Shown piece after piece: positions 56,352 to 64,000 of a stretch of DNA of 64,000 bases (its first letter is position 1; every line of letters begins with the position of its first letter). Origin of the DNA: an uncultured bacterium (GTDB lineage Bacteria; Fermentibacterota; Fermentibacteria; Fermentibacterales; JCC-6); contig CAZKJG010000016.1 in assembly GCA_964553045.1 (NCBI GenBank), positions 494-64,493 of the forward strand, given 5' to 3'. A program made the position numbers and the translations under genes. The notes beneath the pieces are model-generated. The model saw only the letters and a list, made by a program, of their open reading frames with translations. It did no database searches and had not been told where the DNA came from.

Positions 56352-56912
56352 ATGGGCGCCCTGGAAGAGCTGCAGTGCTCCAGGTGTGGAAGCGTCGACC
56401 TGGAAGAGGTCTCCCCGGATCGGTTCAGATGCACCTACTGCGGCTGCTACCTGCAGCGCGACGTTCCGGAAGCGAACCTGACCGTCGACCACCGCAGGTG
56501 CCCCGAGTGCGGGCAGGTGAACGAACCCCACGCCAGCTACTGCGGGCGCTGCGGCTTTCGAATGGTCAGGGCCTGTCCACGCTGCGCCCATCTGTTTCGC
56601 TGGGACATGACATGCTGCCCCAGATGCGGTTTCCGACAGGACCCCGACGAGCGGTTCGTCTGCCTTCTGCAGGGCGGTCTGGGTCAGTTCTGGGTGCTCA
56701 CCAGCAAGAAGCTGTATCACAGGGTCACCAATGCGCTCGTGGAGGTCTTCGAGTCGGTTCCGCTGGAAAGCGTGAAGAGGGTCCGCTACAGGAAGGGCAT
56801 ATTCTCCAACAAGCTGAAGGTCTTCCGCAATGGTGGCCGGAACATGGTTATTCTCTCCGACGGCAACGAGCAGATGTACCGCCACCTGCGGGAGTTGACC
56901 GAATCCGGATGA
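56352..56912 (+). CDS. Multiple zinc-ribbon protein with C-terminal PH-like domain
   Basis: Five CxxC pairs (CSRCG, CTYCG, CPECG, CGRCG, CPRCA, CCPRCG) then a beta-rich about 80-aa domain. Confidence 0.5.
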   Translation: MGALEELQCSRCGSVDLEEVSPDRFRCTYCGCYLQRDVPEANLTVDHRRCPECGQVNEPHASYCGRCGFRMVRACPRCAHLFRWDMTCCPRCGFRQDPDERFVCLLQGGLGQFWVLTSKKLYHRVTNALVEVFESVPLESVKRVRYRKGIFSNKLKVFRNGGRNMVILSDGNEQMYRHLRELTESG

Positions 56913-56976
56913 TGAGGGATGAATAGGGCGTAGGTCGAGATACCGACAACTCACCGATGGGGCGCTTGCAGGCGGC

Positions 56977-58269
56977 ATGGACGATGCTCTGACCAGGATA
57001 CTGTGCACCGGCGACATACACATGGGCCGGGTGCCATCCGCACTTCCCGAGGATGCCGGCGTCAGAAGGCACAGCGCCACCAGCGCGTGGAGGGGCCTGG
57101 TCGACGAGGCGGTCGAGCGCCGCGTACACGCGGTGATCCTGACAGGCGACATCGTAGACCGCGCTAACCGATCCTACGAGTCCATCGGCCCCCTGGAGGC
57201 CGGGCTGCGCATGCTCGCCGAGGCGGGAATCCGCGCTTTTGCGGTGGCGGGCAACCACGACTTCGATGTCCTTCCCCGGCTGGCGGATGTTCTCGAGCCC
57301 GGCCTGCTGACAGTGCTGGGCCGGGGGGGCAGCTGGTCGGAGGAGCCCCTGGTCCCCGACGGGAAGACCGCTCCCCGCCTGGTCATCCGCGGCTGGTCGT
57401 TCCCCGCGCAGCACGTGTCCAGCTCACCGCTTTCAGACCTTCCGGAGGTCCGCTACGACCTGCCCGTCATCGGGGTGATGCACGCCGATCTGGACGCGCC
57501 CGGCAGCAATTACGCCCCGGTGGCAAGGGCGGAGCTCTCGGGCAGAGGAGTGGGAACCTGGCTTCTGGGCCATATCCACAAACCCTTCCGCGGCAGGACG
57601 GATACCGGTGAGATGTACCTGTACCCCGGCTCACCGCAGCCGCTCGATCCCGGAGAGGACGGCAAGCACGGTCCCTGGCTGCTGGAGGTCGGCCCCGAGG
57701 GCGAGGTGGAAGCCGGCATGCTGCCCCTGGCCACCGTCCGATACGACAGCGTCGAGGTTAGCATGGAGGATGCAGAGAGCGAGTCGGAAGTCAGGGAGCG
57801 CCTCATTAGCGCCATTGCCGATGCCGGTGCAGACGGGGACGCTTCCGGCCGGGTCGAGCACCTGGTGCTCCGGGCGGTCCTGGTCGGACGCACCACCCTG
57901 CAGCGCAGGCTCCGGGAGATCACCCGGGGCGCCAGCGATGATCTCAGGATGGAGTCCGGAGACGCCTCGGTGTCCCTGGAAAGGGTACTCTTCGATACCC
58001 GCCCCGCCCATGACCTCCGGCGGCTTGCCGAAAGGAAGTCCCCCGTCGGGATACTGGCCCGCTGGATCATGGCCCTGGAGGGCGGCGGGCAGACACCGGA
58101 GGCGCGCGGGCTCCTGGAGGCGGTGGAGCAGAAGATCGGGGAGCTGCGGGGGTCCCGCGTATGTGCTCCGGTCCGCGAACACCTGGATGGGCTGAAAATC
58201 GCCGACCTGGCCAGAAGGCAGGCGCTGCTGCTTCTCGACGAGCTGCAGTCCCAGATCGGGGGGGAGTAG
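56977..58269 (+). CDS. SbcD/Mre11-like calcineurin-type metallophosphoesterase (DNA repair exonuclease family)
   Basis: Phosphoesterase motifs I-IV (LCTGDIHMG, GDIVDR, GNHD, GHIH). C-terminal helical extension. Confidence 0.75.
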   Translation: MDDALTRILCTGDIHMGRVPSALPEDAGVRRHSATSAWRGLVDEAVERRVHAVILTGDIVDRANRSYESIGPLEAGLRMLAEAGIRAFAVAGNHDFDVLPRLADVLEPGLLTVLGRGGSWSEEPLVPDGKTAPRLVIRGWSFPAQHVSSSPLSDLPEVRYDLPVIGVMHADLDAPGSNYAPVARAELSGRGVGTWLLGHIHKPFRGRTDTGEMYLYPGSPQPLDPGEDGKHGPWLLEVGPEGEVEAGMLPLATVRYDSVEVSMEDAESESEVRERLISAIADAGADGDASGRVEHLVLRAVLVGRTTLQRRLREITRGASDDLRMESGDASVSLERVLFDTRPAHDLRRLAERKSPVGILARWIMALEGGGQTPEARGLLEAVEQKIGELRGSRVCAPVREHLDGLKIADLARRQALLLLDELQSQIGGE

Positions 58270-58272
58270 CGC

Positions 58273-61200
58273 GTGGGCCGCGAAAGCCCGACGCTGTTGC
58301 AGCTGCGAATCATCCGGATGCCGGGCTTCCCCCGCGCACAGTCCTTTGCGCTGGATGAGCTGGTGCCGGGCATCAACGTCCTGTACGGACCCAACGAGAT
58401 AGGCAAGACAACGGTTGCCGATGCCATCGGAATGCTGCTGCACGGCCGGCCCGGAGGCGGGCGCGAGGAGCTGGAGGCGCTGGTCGGGATCGGGGAGGAC
58501 TGCCGTGACGTGGTCTACATCAACGGCGGGTTCGACCCCGAGCCTCCCCACCGGCTGCCCGCCGACCACACCCGCTACCGGCTCAGCCTGCATGAGCTGC
58601 TGCAGGCCGGGGACCCCAACCGCAGCTTCGCCGAGCTCGTCCTCCGGGAGTCGGCCGGAGGCTGCGACGTCCGTGGCGCCGGAGAGGCGCTGGGGTTCAG
58701 GGAAGCACCTCCATCCACGAACATCGGCGAGTACACCCGGTACAGGACCTGCAGGAACAGGCTGAAGGAGGCCAGGAGCAGCGCCGAGGACCCCCGACGC
58801 CTGGAGGATGAGCTGCAAGGCCTCCAAAGCGAGAAGAGGGAGGTACAGAGAGAGTCGGAGACCGCCGACGCCCTCGAGGTCGCACTCGAGTACGCAGGGC
58901 ACTCCTCCGGGCTGAACAGCCTGCGCAGCGAGCTGGATGCGTTGCCCGATCCGCTCGAGTCCATGACGGGCGACGAGGCCGACCGGCTGAAGGCCCTCAG
59001 GAAGGAGTGCAAGGCTCTCGAGAGGGAGCTCGAAGAGGCCGAGGGCACTCTGGCCGATGCGCAGCGGGAGATGGAGCGGACCGGCCTGTCCGGCGCCGTT
59101 CCCCGCAAGCTGCTCAAAGAGCTTGGCGGCAAGGTCGAAGCCATGAAGCAGATCAGCAGGGATATCGACTCGCTTCAGCGCAGGCTCGGCGGCCTGGAGG
59201 GGAAGCTCAGGGAGACGGAGAAGACACTGGGTGACACGGTAGACCCCGCCGCCCTCGGTAGGGTAGATGTCGCTCTTGTCGACCGGGCCGGAAAGGTGGC
59301 CCGCAGACTGGCCGGCCTTCATGCAAGCGAGGAGGAGCTTCGAGCGGTAACCAGGATTCAGTCCGGCGACTCACCCGAGGTGGACGCCGACGAGCTCAGG
59401 GATGCCGGACGCGCCCTGAGACGCTGGCTGGCGTCGCCGGAGCCGCGACGGTCCGGCAGACGGACGTTAGATCTTGCCGGCGCCGCTCTGGCCGTAGTGG
59501 CCGGTATGGGCGGAATAGCGCTAACGATTTTCGGCAAGACCGGATGGCCCGCCGCCGTGGTCGGGGCCGCGGCACTGGCAGCAGGTCTGATCCTCGTCTC
59601 CGGTTTCCTGACAGGGCGCCCGGAAACCGACAATCGCCCCGTCTACCGCGGCGAGTTCGAGCGCGCCGGGGTCGAGCCCCCCCGGAGCTGGAGCCGGGAT
59701 GGGGTCTCGGACCGCCTCGACGAGCTGGAGAACTCCCTGGCCGGGGCTCGCCTGGCGGAGAGGTGCCGAAGCAGCAGGGAGCGGATAGAGCGGGAGATCG
59801 CGAAGCTCAGAGACGGGCTTGAGGACGAGGCCGGTCGTCTCTCGGAGCAGGTGGGAGCTCCCATTACGGGTAACGGTGAAGGGTTTCTCTCGCTCGTTGC
59901 GAACCTCAACAGGTGGCAGGAGGTCCGCGCCGACAAGATCGGGGTGGAGGGTGAGCTGGAGGAAGCCCGTAAGCAGTACCTGGAGCTGGCCCACGAGGTC
60001 TCGGAGGCTCTCGTCCCGTACGGCTTCGATTCCTCCGAAGACCTGCAGGCCCTCAATGCCGCAGTCGGGGACCTCTCCGAGAGGGCAGATACATACCGGA
60101 GGGGAATGGACCGCAGGGAAAACGCCGAAAAGGACAGGGCCCGCGCCGAAGACCGCATGAAGGCGAAAGAGGGGGAGATGGCGGACCTCTTCGAGAGGCT
60201 CGGACTGAAGGACGGGGACGAGGCCGGCCTAAGGCGGCTCTGCGGACAGGTGGAGAAGTACAACTCCCTTCGGGAAGAGGCGAGCAAGGCCTCCACGCTG
60301 GCCGAGGCGTCTCTACGCAGGCTCAAGGACATGCCCGGCTGCGAGCCGAAAATGGCCGACCTCGACGAGGCCACCCTGGAGCTTCGGCTTGGCGAGCTGG
60401 ACGGTTGCGGCAGCCGCCTCAAAGAGCTGAATGAGGAGATTCCGACCCTGCAGGAACGGATACGACAGGCCAAGCAAAGCCACGAGATCGAAGACGCCCT
60501 CGGGTCTCTGGACGGTGCCAGGCACGACCTTGCGCTCAGACTGGAGGAGCACGCCGGGAAGATGGCGGGGTGGGCCGTGGCGGAGACCCTCATGGAGGCG
60601 ACCAGGGACTCCAGCCGCCCGAAGGTGTTCCATCGGGCTGCGGAGCTGCTGGCCGACTTCACCAGGGGCCGCTGCGAGCTGAGATTCGACGAAGGCGGGA
60701 GTCCGGAGTTCCGGGCGCGGGACACCGTTCATCGAACCACCAAGGGCCTTGACGAGCTGTCCTCCGGCACCAGGGTCCAGCTGCTGATGGCCGTCAGGCT
60801 GGCCTTCGTGGAGCGCGAGGAGAGAGGCGCCAGGCTGCCGGTGGTTTTCGACGAGGCTCTGGCCAACAGCGACCGCGCCAGGGCGGAGGCGACAATCGGG
60901 GCGATGATCGACACCGCCCGCAGTGGCCGGCAGGTCTTCTACCTCACCGCCCAGGAGGATGAGGTGTCCAAGTGGAAGGCGGCCCTGGAGGGCTGCGACG
61001 ATCCCCCCGAGCATCGGTTCATCGACCTCGCCCGGGTCAGGAAGCTCCAAGATGCAAGAAGGGCTCCAGCCCTGCAGCCGGTGCCGGTGGATGCCCTTGC
61101 CGTCCCCCCACCGGAGGGAAGGGGCCACGCCGCATACGGCAGCCTCCTCGAAGTGCCGCCGTTCGATCCTTCGGCCGAAACCGGCGCCGCTCACATCTGG

Positions 61201-61737
61201 TACGTGGTGGATGACCCTGATACGCTCTACGACCTCCTCCACAGCAGGGGCATTCAGCGGGTGGGACAGCTGCGATCCCTGGCCAGGCTGGCAGGAGCCG
61301 GTGATGGCCTTTTCCCCTCGGCTGAAGCGCGGGACAGGGCGCTTGCCCTGGCGGAGGCCCTGGACGCGTACAGGCTGGCCTGCATGGAGGGCAGGGGCAG
61401 GAGGGTGGACAGGTCTGTACTGGAGGACGCCGACGGGGTCACCTCAACCATGCTCGACAGGGTCGCGAAGAAGGCCCGGGAATGCGGCGGGGATGCCCGC
61501 AGGCTGCTCGATGCCCTGGAGAACGGGGAGGTCCCCGGCTTCAGAGCGGACAAGCGCCGCCAGCTTCAGAGCTACCTCGGGAGTGGGGGATACCTTCCGG
61601 CCACCGAGCCGCTTCGGCCCGACGAGATAAGGGTGCGGGTGCTCCGGTCGGTCCGTAAGCGTATAGAAGACGGCACTCTCGATCCGGATGACGTGTACGC
61701 CCTGCTGAAACGCGCGGCGGCTTCCTCGGGAAGTTGA
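58273..61737 (+). CDS. SbcC/Rad50/YhaN-like AAA ATPase with coiled coil and about 290-aa C-terminal extension
   Basis: N-terminal Walker A GPNEIGKTT. Long coiled-coil middle. Signature LSSGTRVQLLMAVRLA, Walker B/D-loop VVFDEALANSD at about aa 820-860, then a further about 290 aa. GTG start after GGGGGAG. Confidence 0.75.
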   Translation: MGRESPTLLQLRIIRMPGFPRAQSFALDELVPGINVLYGPNEIGKTTVADAIGMLLHGRPGGGREELEALVGIGEDCRDVVYINGGFDPEPPHRLPADHTRYRLSLHELLQAGDPNRSFAELVLRESAGGCDVRGAGEALGFREAPPSTNIGEYTRYRTCRNRLKEARSSAEDPRRLEDELQGLQSEKREVQRESETADALEVALEYAGHSSGLNSLRSELDALPDPLESMTGDEADRLKALRKECKALERELEEAEGTLADAQREMERTGLSGAVPRKLLKELGGKVEAMKQISRDIDSLQRRLGGLEGKLRETEKTLGDTVDPAALGRVDVALVDRAGKVARRLAGLHASEEELRAVTRIQSGDSPEVDADELRDAGRALRRWLASPEPRRSGRRTLDLAGAALAVVAGMGGIALTIFGKTGWPAAVVGAAALAAGLILVSGFLTGRPETDNRPVYRGEFERAGVEPPRSWSRDGVSDRLDELENSLAGARLAERCRSSRERIEREIAKLRDGLEDEAGRLSEQVGAPITGNGEGFLSLVANLNRWQEVRADKIGVEGELEEARKQYLELAHEVSEALVPYGFDSSEDLQALNAAVGDLSERADTYRRGMDRRENAEKDRARAEDRMKAKEGEMADLFERLGLKDGDEAGLRRLCGQVEKYNSLREEASKASTLAEASLRRLKDMPGCEPKMADLDEATLELRLGELDGCGSRLKELNEEIPTLQERIRQAKQSHEIEDALGSLDGARHDLALRLEEHAGKMAGWAVAETLMEATRDSSRPKVFHRAAELLADFTRGRCELRFDEGGSPEFRARDTVHRTTKGLDELSSGTRVQLLMAVRLAFVEREERGARLPVVFDEALANSDRARAEATIGAMIDTARSGRQVFYLTAQEDEVSKWKAALEGCDDPPEHRFIDLARVRKLQDARRAPALQPVPVDALAVPPPEGRGHAAYGSLLEVPPFDPSAETGAAHIWYVVDDPDTLYDLLHSRGIQRVGQLRSLARLAGAGDGLFPSAEARDRALALAEALDAYRLACMEGRGRRVDRSVLEDADGVTSTMLDRVAKKARECGGDARRLLDALENGEVPGFRADKRRQLQSYLGSGGYLPATEPLRPDEIRVRVLRSVRKRIEDGTLDPDDVYALLKRAAASSGS

Positions 61738-61786
61738 ATAGTCGGCGAAACAGACATCTTCCGGCAGAACTGGAGGCTTTGGAAGC

Positions 61787-62137
61787 ATGGCATCATCGGC
61801 CAAGGGAAACAGAGCGATAGGCATCGTCATCCGGCTACCCGTCAATATCACCAAGAAGGAAGAATGGGTGATAGCCACCTGTCCGGCTCTGGATGTCAAT
61901 ACTCAGGGCAGGAGCTGCGCTGAGGCCAGAAAGAACATGGAGGAGGCTCTCTCGCTATTTCTTGAGTCCTGCCTTGAGAGGGGTGTTCTCAACGAGGTGC
62001 TCAGAGGTGCCGGATTCACAAAAGTAGAGAGTCCTGTCCAGAACGGACCCCAGCAAGACAGCGGGTCTTTCGTGGAGGTTCCCCTGTCGCTGCTGAGAGG
62101 TAAGAAGGCCGACCGCTCGGCAAAATGCCCCGTCTGA
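61787..62137 (+). CDS. HicB-like antitoxin (UPF0150 family)
   Basis: IVIRLPVN...WVIATCPALDVNTQGRSCAEARKNMEEAL pattern of HicB-like antitoxins. 13-nt overlap with the downstream toxin-like gene. Confidence 0.6.
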   Translation: MASSAKGNRAIGIVIRLPVNITKKEEWVIATCPALDVNTQGRSCAEARKNMEEALSLFLESCLERGVLNEVLRGAGFTKVESPVQNGPQQDSGSFVEVPLSLLRGKKADRSAKCPV

Positions 62138-62388
62138 CCCCGATACACTGGAAGACCCTGGAATGTGTATTTACAAAATTCGGGTTCTGCTACAAACGCC
62201 ATAGGGACAGTCACAGAATATACGAGAAGCTCGGCAGCCCCAGACCGATCGTTAATCCCACATACGAGCAGATTCAGGTGGAGATTATCAGGGGTCCCAT
62301 GGGAACTGCAGGGATGTCCCGCAAAAAGTACTTCGAGCTGCTTGAGATCTGCTGGGATACACAGCTGCCGCCTGTTCGCAGGGTTTGA
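62125..62388 (+). CDS. HicA/YcfA-like mRNA interferase toxin
   Basis: About 87 aa with FGFCYKRHRDSHRIYEK (compare HicA GF...R..GSHR.Y). Paired with the HicB-like gene. Confidence 0.55.
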   Translation: MPRLTPIHWKTLECVFTKFGFCYKRHRDSHRIYEKLGSPRPIVNPTYEQIQVEIIRGPMGTAGMSRKKYFELLEICWDTQLPPVRRV

Positions 62389-62442
62389 TTTGACAGGCGT
62401 CAAGGACCGGGTAGTCCAATGCGCCCGGGGAAGTGTCCATGC

Positions 62443-63408
62443 CTACTGGCCGTTTCGGTGCCGCTGCACGTTCAGAGCCTTCCATCGCAGAAGCGGATGA
62501 TCCTGAATGCGCGCAGCCAATTCTGCATCTTCGGTCAGCAGGCCGGGGACGATCTCACCATGGTCCAGCAGGCGATCCAGGAACTCGGCTTCGTCAGGTG
62601 TGAATTGTGCCTGAGCAGCCATGCGCTCGCGGCAGGTCTCGACCATCTGCTTCGCCCACCCAGGCTGAAGAGATTCTCGGACGGTTATGCTCAAAACCGG
62701 CAGAAGTTGGTTCTCCAATTCGTGAGGATCGCATTCTACGTCGTCCACCGAGATGGTCCGCCAGTCGCGGCGGTTCATGGCTCCGTAGAGGATGAAGGCA
62801 AGCCGCAAGCGGCCAGGATCGAGTTTCGCGGCGGTCAACAGCCGGTGTGCATCGTACACGTCCCTGCTGGCCCGGCGTGCAAACAGCGCCGCCAGCTTGC
62901 CAGCCGCCAGTTCGTGCATATCGAGAACGGGGATACCGCTAGCGGAGTACGTGCCCACATCCGCTGAGTCCATCGATGTCATGGGCCATAGCAGGACGCG
63001 GAACATGAAATTCAGATCGACTTCCAGGTTTCCGCCACCGCCAAGGGCGCTGTCGTAACGCAAGCGCCATTTGCCGCCCGCATGGTCACTGGGTATGCGC
63101 GTCACGGACAGTTCCTCCCGCTGGCAGACGACCTGCACGGTGCTCTCGACCTTCTCTCGGTCAGCCAGCATCTCCTCTCGGTCAGCCGCGCCAACGTAGT
63201 TCAGGTCGATATCAACCGACAGGCGCGGCAGGTCGAAGCAGAACAGGTTGAGCGCGGTGCCGCCTTTCAGTGCGAAGCGAGCACCAAGCGCCGGATGTCG
63301 CTGGAACACAGTCAGGAGATTGAGCAGGTGGATGACCTTCTCCAGCACCTCCGGTCGGAAGCCAGTCGCCTCGGATTCGGCCATAAGACGTTCTCGTGAT
63401 ATTCTCAA
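62443..63408 (-). CDS. AbiEii/AbiGii-family nucleotidyltransferase toxin (type IV TA)
   Basis: ALKGGTALNLFCF...LSVDIDLNY nucleotidyltransferase motifs typical of AbiEii (DUF1814). TTGA overlap with the upstream AbiEi-like gene; alternative ATG at 63384. Confidence 0.7.
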   Translation of the reverse strand: MRISRERLMAESEATGFRPEVLEKVIHLLNLLTVFQRHPALGARFALKGGTALNLFCFDLPRLSVDIDLNYVGAADREEMLADREKVESTVQVVCQREELSVTRIPSDHAGGKWRLRYDSALGGGGNLEVDLNFMFRVLLWPMTSMDSADVGTYSASGIPVLDMHELAAGKLAALFARRASRDVYDAHRLLTAAKLDPGRLRLAFILYGAMNRRDWRTISVDDVECDPHELENQLLPVLSITVRESLQPGWAKQMVETCRERMAAQAQFTPDEAEFLDRLLDHGEIVPGLLTEDAELAARIQDHPLLRWKALNVQRHRNGQ

Positions 63409-64000
63409 ATCTCACGCTCCCACGCCCGCGTCAGCACCTTTTCGGGGACAATCAGGTTCCAGTTCGTAACCAACTGTCCTGGATTCCCTCGATCCATGTA
63501 GTGGGGTTGACGAGGGCGGGCCTCTCGCAGCCTGGCGAGCTGCCAGTCTTCCACCATGAGTTCCCCATGATGCTGTTCGAGGAAGAAGCCGACCTTTGCG
63601 ACGGTTGTGGCGTTCCGCAGGAGCAGCGCATATTCGACGATCTGCTGGATGTCGTAGTATTCCACGGACTCGGCGGAACGCCAGATCTCCTCCCAGCCAC
63701 CCCCGAGGTCTGGCCGGTCGAGCACGTCCACCAGAGACCGTTCCAGAGATGTGACCCTGATGTCGTGCCCGAGGCGGTCGACTGTCTTAACTCCAAACAG
63801 CTCCCCTGCTTCTCTACGTAGAGCCTTCTGCGGTGAGACGCGACGGAAGTGGCAGCCCCGAAAATCTTTAGGCCGCATCGCCTTATTGCTGATTATGATG
63901 TACTCGCTTGACACTGTGTATGCGCGTCCGTGCAACTGGAAGGCCGAGTGATAAGCGATCACGGCATCCTCGGCCAGCTTGGAGGCGACCAGCCATGGGT
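63405..64000 (-). CDS. AbiEi-like antitoxin/transcriptional regulator, 5' end beyond the window
   Basis: C-terminal domain pattern of AbiEi-family proteins, directly upstream of and overlapping the AbiEii gene. The ORF runs to the window edge. Confidence 0.55.
   Translation of the reverse strand, partial: PWLVASKLAEDAVIAYHSAFQLHGRAYTVSSEYIIISNKAMRPKDFRGCHFRRVSPQKALRREAGELFGVKTVDRLGHDIRVTSLERSLVDVLDRPDLGGGWEEIWRSAESVEYYDIQQIVEYALLLRNATTVAKVGFFLEQHHGELMVEDWQLARLREARPRQPHYMDRGNPGQLVTNWNLIVPEKVLTRAWEREI

Noticed and set aside
56977-61737. Calling the SbcCD-like pair housekeeping sbcCD
   Set aside because: The large C-terminal extension of the ATPase, the long helical C-terminus of the nuclease-like protein and the location in a TA/Abi-rich block do not fit canonical SbcCD. 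The gene symbols are left empty.

Overview
High-GC (about 65%) bacterial chromosomal segment. The many Fe-S, hydrogenase-like and radical-SAM genes suggest an anaerobe. At least five proteins carry T9SS-type C-terminal sorting domains, which suggests a Fibrobacteres-Chlorobi-Bacteroidetes-like lineage. The window opens in the 3' part of an rRNA operon (5S rRNA plus terminator) and then carries about 60 protein genes: transporters (MFS, SLC13, CDF, SSS, DMT, TSUP, MscS), secreted hydrolases (S9, M28, M16, endonuclease I, alkaline phosphatase), a sulfotransferase/glycosyltransferase cluster, housekeeping genes (trmFO, pruA, nrdDG) and a YtrA-type GntR-ABC operon. Most notable: (1) a four-gene operon (38684-43793, minus strand) in which an aldehyde:ferredoxin oxidoreductase (AOR) is split. 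Its N-terminal domain is a separate gene. Its catalytic domains 2-3 are fused to a [FeFe]-hydrogenase HydA-like Fe-S N-terminal module, next to HydB/NuoF-like and HydC/NuoE-like subunits. This predicts a flavin-based bifurcating-type aldehyde oxidoreductase not described as such. (2) nrdD appears to lack its glycyl-radical motif, which sits instead in a 61-aa ORF between nrdD and nrdG. (3) An FTR-like/rubredoxin fusion (FDR-like) sits next to a glutaredoxin and a flavodoxin-ferredoxin fusion. (4) A 3' accessory island holds an SbcD/SbcC-like pair with an unusual ATPase C-terminal extension, plus HicBA and AbiEi/AbiEii modules. (5) Three secreted-protein genes are disrupted: an in-frame TAG, an in-frame TGA and a frameshift. 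All domain assignments rest on motif and architecture recognition by eye; no database searches were run.
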